Of a DNA stretch of 64,000 nt, positions 13,325-24,851 are shown piece by piece. Each line of letters opens with the position of its first letter. The stretch's first letter is position 1. A program made the translations under genes and the position numbers. The DNA is from Monocercomonoides exilis PA203 (Eukaryota > Protista > Preaxostyla): the NCBI GenBank assembly GCA_001643675.2, contig LSRY02000008.1, positions 992,001-1,056,000 of the forward strand, read 5' to 3'. Below the pieces are notes generated by a model. That model saw only the letters and a list, made by a program, of their open reading frames with translations. It ran no database searches and was not told the DNA's origin.

Positions 13325-14366
13325 TTACGAAAGGAAAAGTGAATTACACTGAGCCTGTGTATCTTCTGGATTTTTCACAGTGTGTCCAATTACACGACCG
13401 TCGCTAAAAATTTCATAATCGTTTCCTCCCTGTTTTAAATAACATATCATGAAAAACAAGAAAAGTTTAACTACAAACCGGAGAAGTTTTATCACCAAAA
13501 AAGTGAATTTCATCAAATCCAGTGCAGAACTGAAGGCAATAACGTTTGTCCCATCCATGAGGAAAAACGTCAAAACTAATTTGCCCACCAATCGAAAAAG
13601 TAAATATATCCCCAAATTCTGGAATAAGCTTATCGATCATCCCCTGACGAATATGATGCTCTTTATCGTATTTATCAAAATCATCCCTTTCCGCCTGAGA
13701 ACAGTTTCTTCCAATTGGAGAAACATTTATCATTCCATTCCTAAATTCGATAAATGTTCCTCTGTTTTTTTCAAAAATCATTCAAAGAACAAAAAATGAA
13801 AAAAATAATAAAAATTAAAAATAAATAAATAAATTAAAATAAAGACCTTTTAACCGGAATATCGACTGTGCTAAGTAATGCAAGTGTCTTATCAATAAAT
13901 TTACGAAGTCTACCTTCTCCAATTGCAGTTTTTAAATCCTAAAACAATTATCAGAACTACTTTAAGCAAGAACAATAAAAATAATTCAAACATTTTTATG
14001 AATAAGATTCTCACCCTTATATGCAACGAGTCCGTTTTCGCTGAAACTAAAATCTGCTTGCTTAACGACTGGAAGAATGATTTTTTATTAACATTAATTT
14101 TAAAGTGTGTCACACGATCTTCTCCTAATTGCTCGATTTGCTTTGGTAGATCAGATCCTCCAACAAATCCAATGCTGACTTTTGTTTTCAATTTAAGGAG
14201 AAATTGAGTCATTATTGGAGTAATTACCTTCATTTTTGAAATAAAATTGAAAACAGGACAAAGCATTAAACTTTTGATATGATTGCATGAAATAAACTTT
14301 TCTTGATTCTGTAAGTGTTCCATCAATATCAAAAAGACAAAGAACTTTCTTTTGAGGAATTGACAT
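13325..14366 (-). CDS. PMM: Phosphomannomutase (eukaryotic HAD-type PMM/Sec53), multi-exon
   Basis: Exons give [96 protein letters not shown] and [10 protein letters not shown]. Confidence 0.97.
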
Positions 14367-14679
14367 AATCAGATCAATTATTGATTTTATTGAAATGGTT
14401 TTGCTTTGATCCAATCCAAGATAATTCTCAATGGAATTGGAATGAAAAAATCAATTGAAACAAAAATATAAGTTCGAAGAATCAATGCATATTCTTGAAA
14501 ACACCAATTTTCAATTGAAAATGTATTGATTTCGAAATGAATAAGTTTGTTCCAGCTTATTTCTCATTTTATTATTTTTTGCTATTTTTGAAAATTTAAC
14601 ATACTTAAATAATAATAATAATAATAATTGTTATTATTATTATTATAATTATTATTATTTGATTAAAATCATTTCATTA

Positions 14680-15400
14680 TGAATAAGAACCTTTCAGCGA
14701 GGAAGATCATAGACAGAAATTTGAAGAAATGAAAAGATTGGTGGAAAAGACAGACGGAGAAGATTCAAATCAGCTTTTGTGAACGAATCGTTCACAAGCT
14801 TTATGAAATGATTGAAGAAAGGAAAATATCACTGGAAAATGCATGCTTGTTTTGAAAAGCTCATTGGATTCCACAAAAAGCTGAATGACATGCAGATTAA
14901 TAATTCCAATGTGGCATTATTGATGGAACATTTAAGAAGATGATTATTGAGGAAGTTCGAAAGGGAAGCAAAGAAAAGAACGAAAAGAGAAGAATAAAAA
15001 GGAAAGAGGATGCTGTTTGAAAAAAAATGATTCCATTTCATTTATAATTAATAATCTTCCTGTAATTTGTGAGACAAAGGAAATATTGGACTTCTCTTCA
15101 TCACTGTTCAGTTATTTCGAGCAGCAATGGATAATTATAGAGAAATCAGCAACTGGTGTCTTCATCCATTTTGAGAAGATCAATAAAGAGAAATGTGGAA
15201 GTGAAAGCTCTTGTGAAGGGAGATGTCATTGATTTATTTTTGGAGGAAAGGAATCAATCAACTCTGGAAGATGGTGTGATGTGGAATTGTTTTCTTTTTT
15301 CTTTCTGAATATTTCAAGGCGATTAAAAGAAAATGCGGATTGTTGTATCTAAAGAAAGTTGTGTGAATGCAAATCAAAAGAAGCCGAAACTGAGGAGGCT
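14680..15400 (+). pseudogene. Heavily degenerate copy of the lineage-specific helical family (family A)
   Basis: Fragments such as QKFEEMK, ISLENACLF and VEVKALVKGDVID echo the 24852-26304 protein, with many stops and frameshifts. Confidence 0.5.
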
Positions 15401-15542
15401 TCAAAGACTGCAGAGGGAATGAGAAGAAGAGGAAGAAGAGGAAGAAGAAAAAGAAGAAGAAGAAGAAGAAGAAGAAGAAGAAGAAGAAGAAGAAGAAGCC
15501 AAAAGGAATGAAGAAGAAAGGATTTGAAAAAGAGAGCAGAAG

Positions 15543-17106
15543 ATGGAGAATGAAGGAATGAAGAGCGATGAGCTGCCCACAGAAAAGGCGGTCATCGAGT
15601 GCTGTCTGCAAATACTCGCCAACATCAACGAGAACCCGAACAATAACAAGTTCTTCATCGATCCTGTGCTCCTTGGGCTGGTTGTGGAATTGATGAGGTT
15701 TGTCTTATCCTTTTGTTTTGTTTCTCTTTCTCTCTTTATTTGTTCTATTTATTTATTTTATATTTATTTATGAACTTTCATCAACATATTCTATGAATAT
15801 TAATAACAATAATCTGAATGATATTTCAAATGAAATGGTCATCCCCTTCATTCAAAGTGATTCTGTGTCTGTTCTGCGAGTGATGGCATTCCGCTTCTTT
15901 GTGAACTTCTCGTGTGGCAGCGACGAAGACATCCAGCGTCTTCTGCTGCAGCCCTCTTTCTTCGCCGTCTTCGCCTCGCACTTGTCCTCCTCCTCGTCCT
16001 GTCTGCGCCACGAGACCGCGCTCCTCGCCTGCAACATCGGCGCCGGCACCTCCTCCCAGGCATGCACGCTCCTCTGGCCGAGGTGTGTCTTCACCCTCTG
16101 CCACATCGCCCAGGCAGACGCACACAGCGCCCAGTGCCACGCGCTGAGGGCACTGAGGAACGTGGGGCTGCTGGGGAAGGAGGCGGCGGGGGTGATTGTG
16201 GAGGCTGGGTGTGTGGAGGCAGTGGCGCAGATTCTGAAGAGAGGGAGGTATCGGAGTGTGGTGTGCGAGGCAATTGACCTGCTGTGGGTGCTGCTGGGGC
16301 AGTGGGAAAAGAAGGATAATGAAGAAGAGGAAGAAGGTGAAAAAGGAGAAGAAGGTGAAAAAGAAGATGGATATGACAATTATGCAACAAAAAGTGCGTT
16401 CAATGGCAATTGGCAAGTGGCAGAGAAGCCGATGGGAATGTTGGGGGCGAATTGGAAGCAACCAGATCCTACGCTTTTTGAGCTGATTGAAACAACTTCT
16501 TCTTCCATTTTCTCTCAAAACGTGCCAATTTACCAGACGCAGGATGCATTTTGCTCGACTCCTTCGGAGTCTTCGCATGAAACAAGTGAAAATACAAGTC
16601 ATTCTTATTCATCATCATCATCATCATCTGTTGGCTCATTGCGTTATCATTACTCTTCGCCAAGCAACATGAATGCACGAAATTCTTCATTCACTTCTTT
16701 TTCTACTTCTCCTTCATCATCATCATCATCTTCTTCTTCTTATCAACATTCTTCATCACTCATTTCACCCAACTCATGTTTTCCTTCCTCAGAATCCAGT
16801 TCTCTTTCACAAACAACCTCAATTTCATCAACATCCTATCCAATTGCAAGCTCGTCCTCAAACACTTTCTCTTCTTCTTCTTCTCTTCCTTCTCATTCTC
16901 CAGCCACTTTATCTCAGTCGCAGGGTTTCAGCAGCCAATTTGCCAGCAACTCTTCCACAGCCACACAGCTGCCTCCATCTTCCCTTCCAACGCCTCGTGT
17001 TTCTGAGCTCCAGCCGCCTTTCAGCTTCGACTCTTCACTCTATCTGAAGCACAAAACTCCTTCAGGGCTGGCTCCGCTTTCTTCGCCTGTGTTTATCCTT
17101 CCTTAA
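15543..17106 (+). CDS. Importin-alpha-like ARM-repeat protein with Ser-rich tail, 5'-truncated copy
   Basis: Exon 15543-15697 (CLQILANINE), an intron (about 15698-15858), then AFRFFVNFSCGSDEDIQ, ALLACNIGAGTSSQ and ALRALRNVG...IVEAGCVEAV ARM-like repeats. It lacks the upstream sequence seen at 59610-60570. Confidence 0.6.
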
Positions 17107-18730
17107 CAGTTCCTGTGAAACATTCCGCTTGATGTTGGGATGACTGGCAATTTATGTTTCGAGTTTTGGACTGACAGTTAGCTTTATTCTTATTTGTTGA
17201 TTTTTACATGATGGTTTTTTTTCTCCAAACTTTTTGTGAAATAATGCATGCCAAAGATATGAAAAAGGGTTATGAAAAAAGAGCTTCAATGTTGATTTGT
17301 GATCTTTGGTGAATTGTTTGACGAAAAATACAAAAAAAGATTATTTTGTAAGTTAAAAAAGAAAGCTGTTATTAACAAATTCTTACATCCAAAAAAACCA
17401 AGGAAATCACAAATGCAGATAATTAAAAGAGACAAAATACAAGCATTCTTCTTTGCTTTCTTTTATTTTCCAAACAATAATAACTGAATTTGAGACAGAT
17501 TTTTCATTCGAATTGCGATATCCTCCCATTCCGATTAAAAGAATCATGTTTGATACACTTGCCTCGAATACACTCAGCTGAACCTTCTTCAGCGGAAAAG
17601 ATGTTCAGAAGATTGTGCCTGATCAATTTATATTTCTCCTTTCTTCAATGGCATTTCCATTGTGACCATCTCAAACAGTTCATGAGTCTTCTTCAGAGAA
17701 TCATTCACGTCTCTCCTCGAGGTTTTCTTCTCTTCATCTGTTTGCCTTCTTCCACAATTCGAAAGAGACAGTATTCAATCGGAACTCTAATTTTTGTCAT
17801 TCAGATATGTTTGAAGAGAATTTCTCACACTTCAATAAATGAGTTTTCAACAACACCAATGGAGCCTATTTCACAAAAGGATTTCCTTTTTTAATAATCT
17901 TTTTTTTCCACACATATTATTGTGTAATGTGATTTGTTAATGCGATATAAAAATGTGTATTTCTTCGAAGCTTTTTTTCAAATCATTTATGTGACACTGA
18001 CAGATATTTGTAATGTCTTTCTCAAAATCTTCACTTTGTGTGACATCAAATGAACCATCTGAATGTCAAAGTTCATGTTGTCTTTGCGAATATTCTGTGT
18101 TTTTTGCAAGACAGCAACAAAACACTCTCAATTCCCAAAAATGAACAAATATGAGCCAATTATTAACTGAATCGCAACTGTTGAATCTGATCAAAATGGC
18201 TGCAACAAAATCGTCAAAGCACAACAACCAAAAACAACAGTTCTCTCAACTCCAAAATCACAGAAATGCTCATTTCATTTTCAAAATGCCAAAGTGAATT
18301 TTCAGTCACATTGGCAAATTGAAAAAGAAAGAAAAAGAAAGAAAAAGAAAGAAAGAAGAAAATAAGATGATTTAAAGTGAGATTTTCTTTCACTATTTGC
18401 AAAATCAAATAAAAATGAGACTGGTAAATTTTCAGACAATAAAAAAAAAAATTAAAAAAATTAAAGCAATGAAATGAAATGAATCGCTTAAATTTCATAC
18501 AAAATGAAAAAAAAAATATTGAAGATGAATAGAAAGGTTATCAAAATGATTCTTATTTGAAGAATATCCGAGTGTTTGCAGAAGGTTAGAAAGTCACTTC
18601 AAAAGAAAGAAAGAAAGAATAACCATGCATTTCGATAGGCCGTTGAAGAGCCTTTATTGAGAAACCAGTTAATCAGCTGATTCATTGAAAGCATCTTAAA
18701 TGATGAATTCAATGCAAATATGACAAACAC

Positions 18731-21700
18731 TCATGCGGTTTTATCAATCGTCATCCATTCCGGAAGTGCACCCTGGACATCGCTTTTCCAGTAATCTGCC
18801 ATCGTATTTCCTTTCTTATCCTTCAACGAATAACTATGTCTCATCCACACTGGCGGTTCTGTTTTCACAAACTGAATCCATAGCATAGCCATTGTTTTCC
18901 CCTCCTTATCGCTAAGTGAAATGGCGTGTCTCATCCATTCTGGCGGATCTGTCTTCACACCCCAAATCCATATCATTGCCATCGTCCATCCATCCTTATC
19001 ATAAACTGTGATGCTGTGTCTCATCCATTCGGGTGGTTCTGTTTTCACAAGAGCAATCCAATGCATGGCCATCGTCCATCCATCCTTGTTTTGCAGAGTG
19101 ATTTCATGCCTCATCCAACTCGGTGGTTCTGTCTTCACACCCCAAATCCATATCATTGCCATCGTCCACCCATCCTTATCGCTTTGCGTCTTATTATGTC
19201 TCGTCCATTCTGGAGGTTCTGTCTTCACATTCTCAATCCACAGCATTGCCATTGTTCGTCCAAACTTATCGGCAAGCGTATAGTCGTGTCGCATTCGCTC
19301 TGGTGGTTCTGTCTTGTTCTCAATAATCCACCTCATTCCCGGCGTTTGTCCATTTTTGTCTTTCAATGTATCATCAAATTTCATCCATTCCGGTAATTCA
19401 GTTTCAACAAAAAATTCCCAATAATCTGCCATTGTCCATCCGTTATTATTTGTAAGTGCAATGTTGTGTCTCATCCATTCCGGTGGCTCTGTTTGAACAA
19501 ATTGAATCCAAAGCATGGACATTGTCCATCCGTTATTATTTGTAAGTGCAATGTCGTGTCTCATCCATTCTGGCGGTTCTGTTTGAACAAACTGAATCCA
19601 TATCAGAGCCATTGTCCATCCTTCCTTATCAGCAAGTTCATTGTCATGTCTCATCCATTCTGGAGGTTCTGTCTTGACATGATTAATCCATATCATAGCC
19701 ATTGTTGATCCGTCATTATCAGCAAGTGAAATATCGTGTCTCATCCATTCTGGTGGTTCAGTTTCAGTGAACTGAATCCACATCATCGCCATCGTCCATC
19801 CAAAATTATTTCTGATTGTTATGTCATGTCTCATCCATATTGGTGGGTCTTTCTTCACAAATTGAATCCACAACATTGCCATTGTTCGTCCAAACTTATC
19901 GGCAAGCGTGTTGTCGTGTCTCATCCATCCCGGTGGTTCTGTCTTGTTCTCAATAATCCACCTCATTCCCGGCGTTTGTCCATTTTTGTCTTTCAATGTT
20001 TCATCAAATACCATCCATTTCGGTAATTTAGTTTTAACATATATTTTCCAATAATCTGCCATCGTTTTCTCTTTCTTATCCTTCAACGAATTACAATGTC
20101 TCATCCATTCTGGTGGTTCTGTCTTGACATGAAAAATCCACTTCATTGCCATTGTTAATCCGTTCTTATCATAAACTGTGATACTGTGTCTCATCCATTC
20201 TGAAGGTTCTGTTTTGACATTTGAAATCCATATCATAGCCATTGTTGCTCCTTTATTGTTGCGAAGTGTGATGTCATGCCTCATCCACTCCGGTGGATCT
20301 GTTTTGACGTCTTGAATCCAGAACATAGCCATCGTCCATCCATCCTTCTGAGTTAGTGTAATATCGTGTCTCATCCATTCTGGTGGCTCATTCTTAACAA
20401 AGTGAATCCAAAACATAGCCATTGTCCATCCGTCTTTATAAGCAAGTGTAATATCGTGTCTCATCCATTCTGGCGGTTCTTTTTTGACGTTTGTGATCCA
20501 GAACATTGCCATTGTCCATCCATTATTATTTGTAAGTGCAATATCGTGTCTCATCCACTCGGATGGTTCTGTTTTGACGTCTTGAATCCACTTCATTGCC
20601 ATAGTCCATCCGTCTTTATTGGTTAGTGTAATGTCATGTCTCATCCATTTCGGTGGCTCCTTTTCAACAAATTGAATCCATATCATAGCCATTGTCCAGC
20701 CATCTTTATCTGAAAGTGTTGCATCGTGCCTCATCCATTCTGGCGGTTCTTTCTTGACGACTTGAATCCATATCATTGCCATTGTCCAGCCATCCTTTTG
20801 AGAAAGTGTTGCGTCATGTCTCATCCACTCTGGTGGGTCAGTTTGAACAAATTGAATCCAATGCATAGCCATTGTCATTCCGTCCTTATCAGTAAGTGTT
20901 ATATCATGTCTCATCCAATCTGGGGGTTCTGTTTTGACATTTGCAATCCATATCATAGCCATTGTGGATCCGTCCTTATTGCCAACTGTAATGTCATGCC
21001 TCATCCATTCTGGTGGTTCTGTTTTGACGTCTTGAATCCATAGCATGGCCATTGTTAATCCCTCCTTATTTCCAAGTGAAATATCGTGTCTCATCCATTG
21101 TGGAGGTTCTGCCTTGACGCATTCAATCCAGAACATAGCCATTGTGTATCCATCCTTATTGGTAAGTGTGATGTCATGTCTCATCCATTCTGGCGGTTCT
21201 TTCTTGACGACTTGAATCCACTTCATTGCCATAGTCCATCCGTCTTTATTGGTTAGTGTGATATCGTGCCTCATCCATTCTGGCGGCTCTGTTTTGACAT
21301 TATAAATCCATATCATTGCCATTGTTGACTCATAATTATTGCGGAGTGCGATGTCGTGCCTCATCCATTCTGGGGGTTCTGTCTTTACATTTTCAATCCA
21401 TAACATGGCCATTGTCCAACCATCCTTCTGAGTTAGTGTTGCGTCATGTCTCATCCATTGTGGAGGTTCTGCCTTGACGCATTCAATCCAGAACATAGCC
21501 ATTGTGTATCCATCCTTATTGGTAAGTGTGATGTCATGTCTCATCCATTCTGGCGGTTCTTTCTTGACGACTTGAATCCACTTCATTGCCATAGTCCATC
21601 CGTCTTTATTGGTTAGTGTGATATCGTGCCTCATCCATTCTGGCGGCTCTGTTTTGACATTATAAATCCATATCATTGCCATTGTTGCTCCTTTATTGTT

Positions 21701-22651
21701 GCGAAGTGTGATGTCATGCCTCATCCACTCCGGTGGATCTGTTTGAACAAACTGAATCCAGAACATGGCCATTGTCCAACCATCCTTCTGAGTTAGTGTT
21801 GCGTCATGTCTCATCCATTGTGGAGGTTCTGCCTTGACGCATTCAATCCAGAACATAGCCATTGTGTATCCATCCTTATTGGTAAGTGTGATGTCATGTC
21901 TCATCCATTCTGGCGGTTCTTTCTTGACGACTTGAATCCACTTCATTGCCATCGTCCATCCATCCTTCTGAGTTAGTGTAATATCGTGTCTCATCCATTC
22001 TGGTGGCTCATTCTTAACAAAGTGAATCCACAACATAGCCATTGTTGCGCCATTATTGTTGCAAAGTGTGATGTCATGTCTCATCCATTTTGGTGGTTCT
22101 GTTTGAACAAACTGAATCCACTTCATTGCCATAGTCCATCCGTCTTTATTGGTTAGTGTGATATCGTGTCTCATCCATTTCGGTGGATCTGTTTTGACGT
22201 CTTGAATCCACTTCATTGCCATAGTCCATCCGTCTTTATTGGTTAGTGTAATGTCATGTCTCATCCATTTCGGTGGCTCCTTTTCAACAAATTGAATCCA
22301 TATCATAGCCATTGTCCAGCCATCTTTATCTGAAAGTGTTGCATCGTGCCTCATCCATTCTGGCGGTTCTTTCTTGACGACTTGAATCCAAAACATAGCC
22401 ATTGTATTTCCTTTCTCAGTTCTAAGCGTAATATCGTGTCTCATCCATTCTGGTGGTTCTGTTTGAACAAATTGAAGCCACAACATGGCCATTGTCCATC
22501 CGTCATTATCAGCAAGTGAAATATCATGTTTCATTTCCGATGGAGGATCTGTCTTTTTCTCAGCAATCCATCGCATTGCTTCTGTTCTTCCATACTCGTC
22601 CCTTTTCAATGGATCACTTTTCAATTTTTGCATATCTTTTTCGCATTCCAT
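18731..22651 (-). CDS. Intronless Trp/Met-rich 30-aa tandem-repeat protein (about 43 units, ankyrin-like hairpin), copy 1
   Basis: Open frame of about 1306 aa from the ATG at 22651. Consensus HDITLxxKDGxTMAMxWIxxVKTEPPEWMR, with 90-bp DNA periodicity. Confidence 0.9.
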   Translation of the reverse strand: MECEKDMQKLKSDPLKRDEYGRTEAMRWIAEKKTDPPSEMKHDISLADNDGWTMAMLWLQFVQTEPPEWMRHDITLRTEKGNTMAMFWIQVVKKEPPEWMRHDATLSDKDGWTMAMIWIQFVEKEPPKWMRHDITLTNKDGWTMAMKWIQDVKTDPPKWMRHDITLTNKDGWTMAMKWIQFVQTEPPKWMRHDITLCNNNGATMAMLWIHFVKNEPPEWMRHDITLTQKDGWTMAMKWIQVVKKEPPEWMRHDITLTNKDGYTMAMFWIECVKAEPPQWMRHDATLTQKDGWTMAMFWIQFVQTDPPEWMRHDITLRNNKGATMAMIWIYNVKTEPPEWMRHDITLTNKDGWTMAMKWIQVVKKEPPEWMRHDITLTNKDGYTMAMFWIECVKAEPPQWMRHDATLTQKDGWTMAMLWIENVKTEPPEWMRHDIALRNNYESTMAMIWIYNVKTEPPEWMRHDITLTNKDGWTMAMKWIQVVKKEPPEWMRHDITLTNKDGYTMAMFWIECVKAEPPQWMRHDISLGNKEGLTMAMLWIQDVKTEPPEWMRHDITVGNKDGSTMAMIWIANVKTEPPDWMRHDITLTDKDGMTMAMHWIQFVQTDPPEWMRHDATLSQKDGWTMAMIWIQVVKKEPPEWMRHDATLSDKDGWTMAMIWIQFVEKEPPKWMRHDITLTNKDGWTMAMKWIQDVKTEPSEWMRHDIALTNNNGWTMAMFWITNVKKEPPEWMRHDITLAYKDGWTMAMFWIHFVKNEPPEWMRHDITLTQKDGWTMAMFWIQDVKTDPPEWMRHDITLRNNKGATMAMIWISNVKTEPSEWMRHSITVYDKNGLTMAMKWIFHVKTEPPEWMRHCNSLKDKKEKTMADYWKIYVKTKLPKWMVFDETLKDKNGQTPGMRWIIENKTEPPGWMRHDNTLADKFGRTMAMLWIQFVKKDPPIWMRHDITIRNNFGWTMAMMWIQFTETEPPEWMRHDISLADNDGSTMAMIWINHVKTEPPEWMRHDNELADKEGWTMALIWIQFVQTEPPEWMRHDIALTNNNGWTMSMLWIQFVQTEPPEWMRHNIALTNNNGWTMADYWEFFVETELPEWMKFDDTLKDKNGQTPGMRWIIENKTEPPERMRHDYTLADKFGRTMAMLWIENVKTEPPEWTRHNKTQSDKDGWTMAMIWIWGVKTEPPSWMRHEITLQNKDGWTMAMHWIALVKTEPPEWMRHSITVYDKDGWTMAMIWIWGVKTDPPEWMRHAISLSDKEGKTMAMLWIQFVKTEPPVWMRHSYSLKDKKGNTMADYWKSDVQGALPEWMTIDKTA

Positions 22652-24039
22652 TTTATCGCTCAATGCTTAGGTTTAGCTGCTCGTCCTGCAATATAAGCAG
22701 AAAAAATGTCAATCGTTAAAAACTATTATTTGAAATATATATTATATATTTGATCATAAATGAGCATTTTTTTAAATACTGTTTATCATCTTTAAATATA
22801 TTAGAAAATGAGCATAAAGTGATTGCATGATTTTTGGCAGTGTTGCATTTTGTTATTCAAACATTTTTTTCAAAACAATTTTAATTTTTTAATATTAATA
22901 ATTCATATTTTTATTTCTTTTGACGTTCGTTCAACAAATTTTTTGTGAATGAAAATGAAAAGCCAAGTTGTGAAAAATAGCAAACCTGTGAAATTATGTT
23001 GAGTCTTATATTTTCTGCTCTTTTGCTTTTGCACCAAAACTCTCAGAAACATGAAAATGATTAAATTCAGATATTTGTTATAACCAACTCATTTCTTTTT
23101 TATTCACATTTCAAATCGCTTCTGGGATGCATTCATTTGGATCAGCCGCATCAAGAGTTGAGTGAGTGAGTGAGTGTGAGTGTGAGTGTCTAAGGGTGTG
23201 GCAGAAGAGAATGGAAAGATGAATGCCATTCACTCTGATGGAGAACATGCACATTCTGAAGAGAGGCAGAAATGCTGCCTTTGGAATAGAAATGGCTGAA
23301 TGAAAAGACAAAAGCGAAAGGGCAAAAGAGAGAAAAGAGAGAAAAGAGAGAAAAGAGAGAAAAGAGAGAAAAGGGCGAAAAAGGAGAAAAGGGATGTTTG
23401 AATGGAAAATGTGAATGTTCAGAGCAAATGGATAGGAAAAGAATGTGACACTCAACATCATTCAGAATGAGAAGTGAGAGTTGAAAAATTAATTGTGAAA
23501 TTGAGAGGATTATCAAAATGTTGGAAATGAAGAGAAAGAAAAAGAGAAAGAAAAAGAAAAAGAAATAGAAATAGAAATAGAAATAGAAAAAGAAAAAGAG
23601 AAAGAAAAAGAAAATGGGTTTTGATGATGCTCTTTGGACGAGCTGGGCGGCAAAGGCGAACAAGAATCATTTGAAGAAAATGCAGACATTATGAACAGAT
23701 TCGAATTACATAACAGCCAATTGCAACAACAAATGGAAGAATTATTCCGTGTTGCAACATGAGAATTTGATGGTCAATAAGTTCTCAAAAACGAAGAAGA
23801 TGATCTTTTCATCAGCCAAATTAAAAAATCTTGTTAATGAAGAGATCGAAGGAGAGTGAGAAGAAACCCTATTATCTCCAAAAAATGCTGCTTGATATGG
23901 ATTGTCCATGGAAATGGAGCTTAACACAAAAAATGCTGTTGGTTTGAATGGAAAAAAGACATTAAAAGGATTTTAAAATAATTTGTCTTGCATTGATTTA
24001 ATAAATTCCTAAAAAGAACACACCTGTCCTCCATATAGC

Positions 24040-24660
24040 AAATACAGAGGATTATCCAATCACTGATGCTGTCAATCTCATATTCCATTGTTTCCCAGTG
24101 CTCCTTTCTCTATCATCCTTTTTTCTCATACAAATTTCCTTCAATCTATGTTTTCATCCATTTGTTTTCCTGAAAAATATATCTCAGTGTTTTTTTCTTT
24201 CCAAGTTTTATCCAATTGTTGTCATTACGTTTCGCTCTCATCAAAATGCTTTGAAATAGAATTTGTTTTTCATCCCCTGTTTTAATTGAACACATAAAAT
24301 ATGCAATTCCCACCTACTGATTGTATCTCAGCAATCAACTCTCTTCTGATGTTCTCCTCAGAAAAGCAAAGGAATGGCCATATTAATATTTTATCAGATT
24401 CTTGGGCTCTGAAAAGTTAACAAATAAAAATATCTTCTTCACGAATAATAACAATAAAAAAATGCATTCATCAAACTTTTCATATATTATTTTGGAAAAT
24501 GAATTTCCTTCAATGATGCTTTTCATAAAAACCATCTCCACCAATTCCATCATCAATTCCCCCCGTCGCTGTTTCATTCCACCACACAAAATAATATTGC
24601 ATATCCTGCAGAAAATATTCACTCGCAGATCTCTCATTCTCCTTATAAATTATCTTACGA
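24040..24660 (-). pseudogene. Degenerate family-A remnant
   Basis: Minus-strand fragments resemble the N-terminal part (ELMMELVEMV...YEKFDE) and C-terminal part of family A, with many lesions. Confidence 0.35.
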
Positions 24661-24851
24661 AAATTATGTTTTTCGATCATTGAATCCATAACAATAAACC
24701 AAAAAAGATAAAAATTTTTTTTCTAAAATTCCTTGTTAAAAGTTTTTCACAAAAAGGATGGAGTGTGGTCCACTTAAAATGATTTGTTTGACATTTTATT
24801 TTTCATTTTTTGCAATTGTGTTGTGTTTTGTTTTTCTTGTGAATGCTCAAA

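Larger units (their letters stand above)
15531..23205. repeat. Left arm of a large inverted segmental duplication (partner about 52990-59610)
   Basis: Reverse-complement colinearity across the ARM gene, intergenic DNA, the repeat gene, its upstream region and the (GAGT)n tract. Confidence 0.95.

Noticed and set aside
15700-15858. Hydrophobic N-terminus of the 468-aa and 465-aa ORFs as a signal or transmembrane segment
   Set aside because: It is the translation of a T-rich GT-AG intron.
17490-18200. ORF 17490-17894 as a gene
   Set aside because: It is disrupted in the duplicate arm (57243-57570 is split) and has no recognisable motifs.
18731-22651. 90-bp periodic array as a CRISPR array or satellite
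   Set aside because: It is one uninterrupted ORF with codon-structured variation, no unique spacers and no cas genes, in a eukaryotic context.
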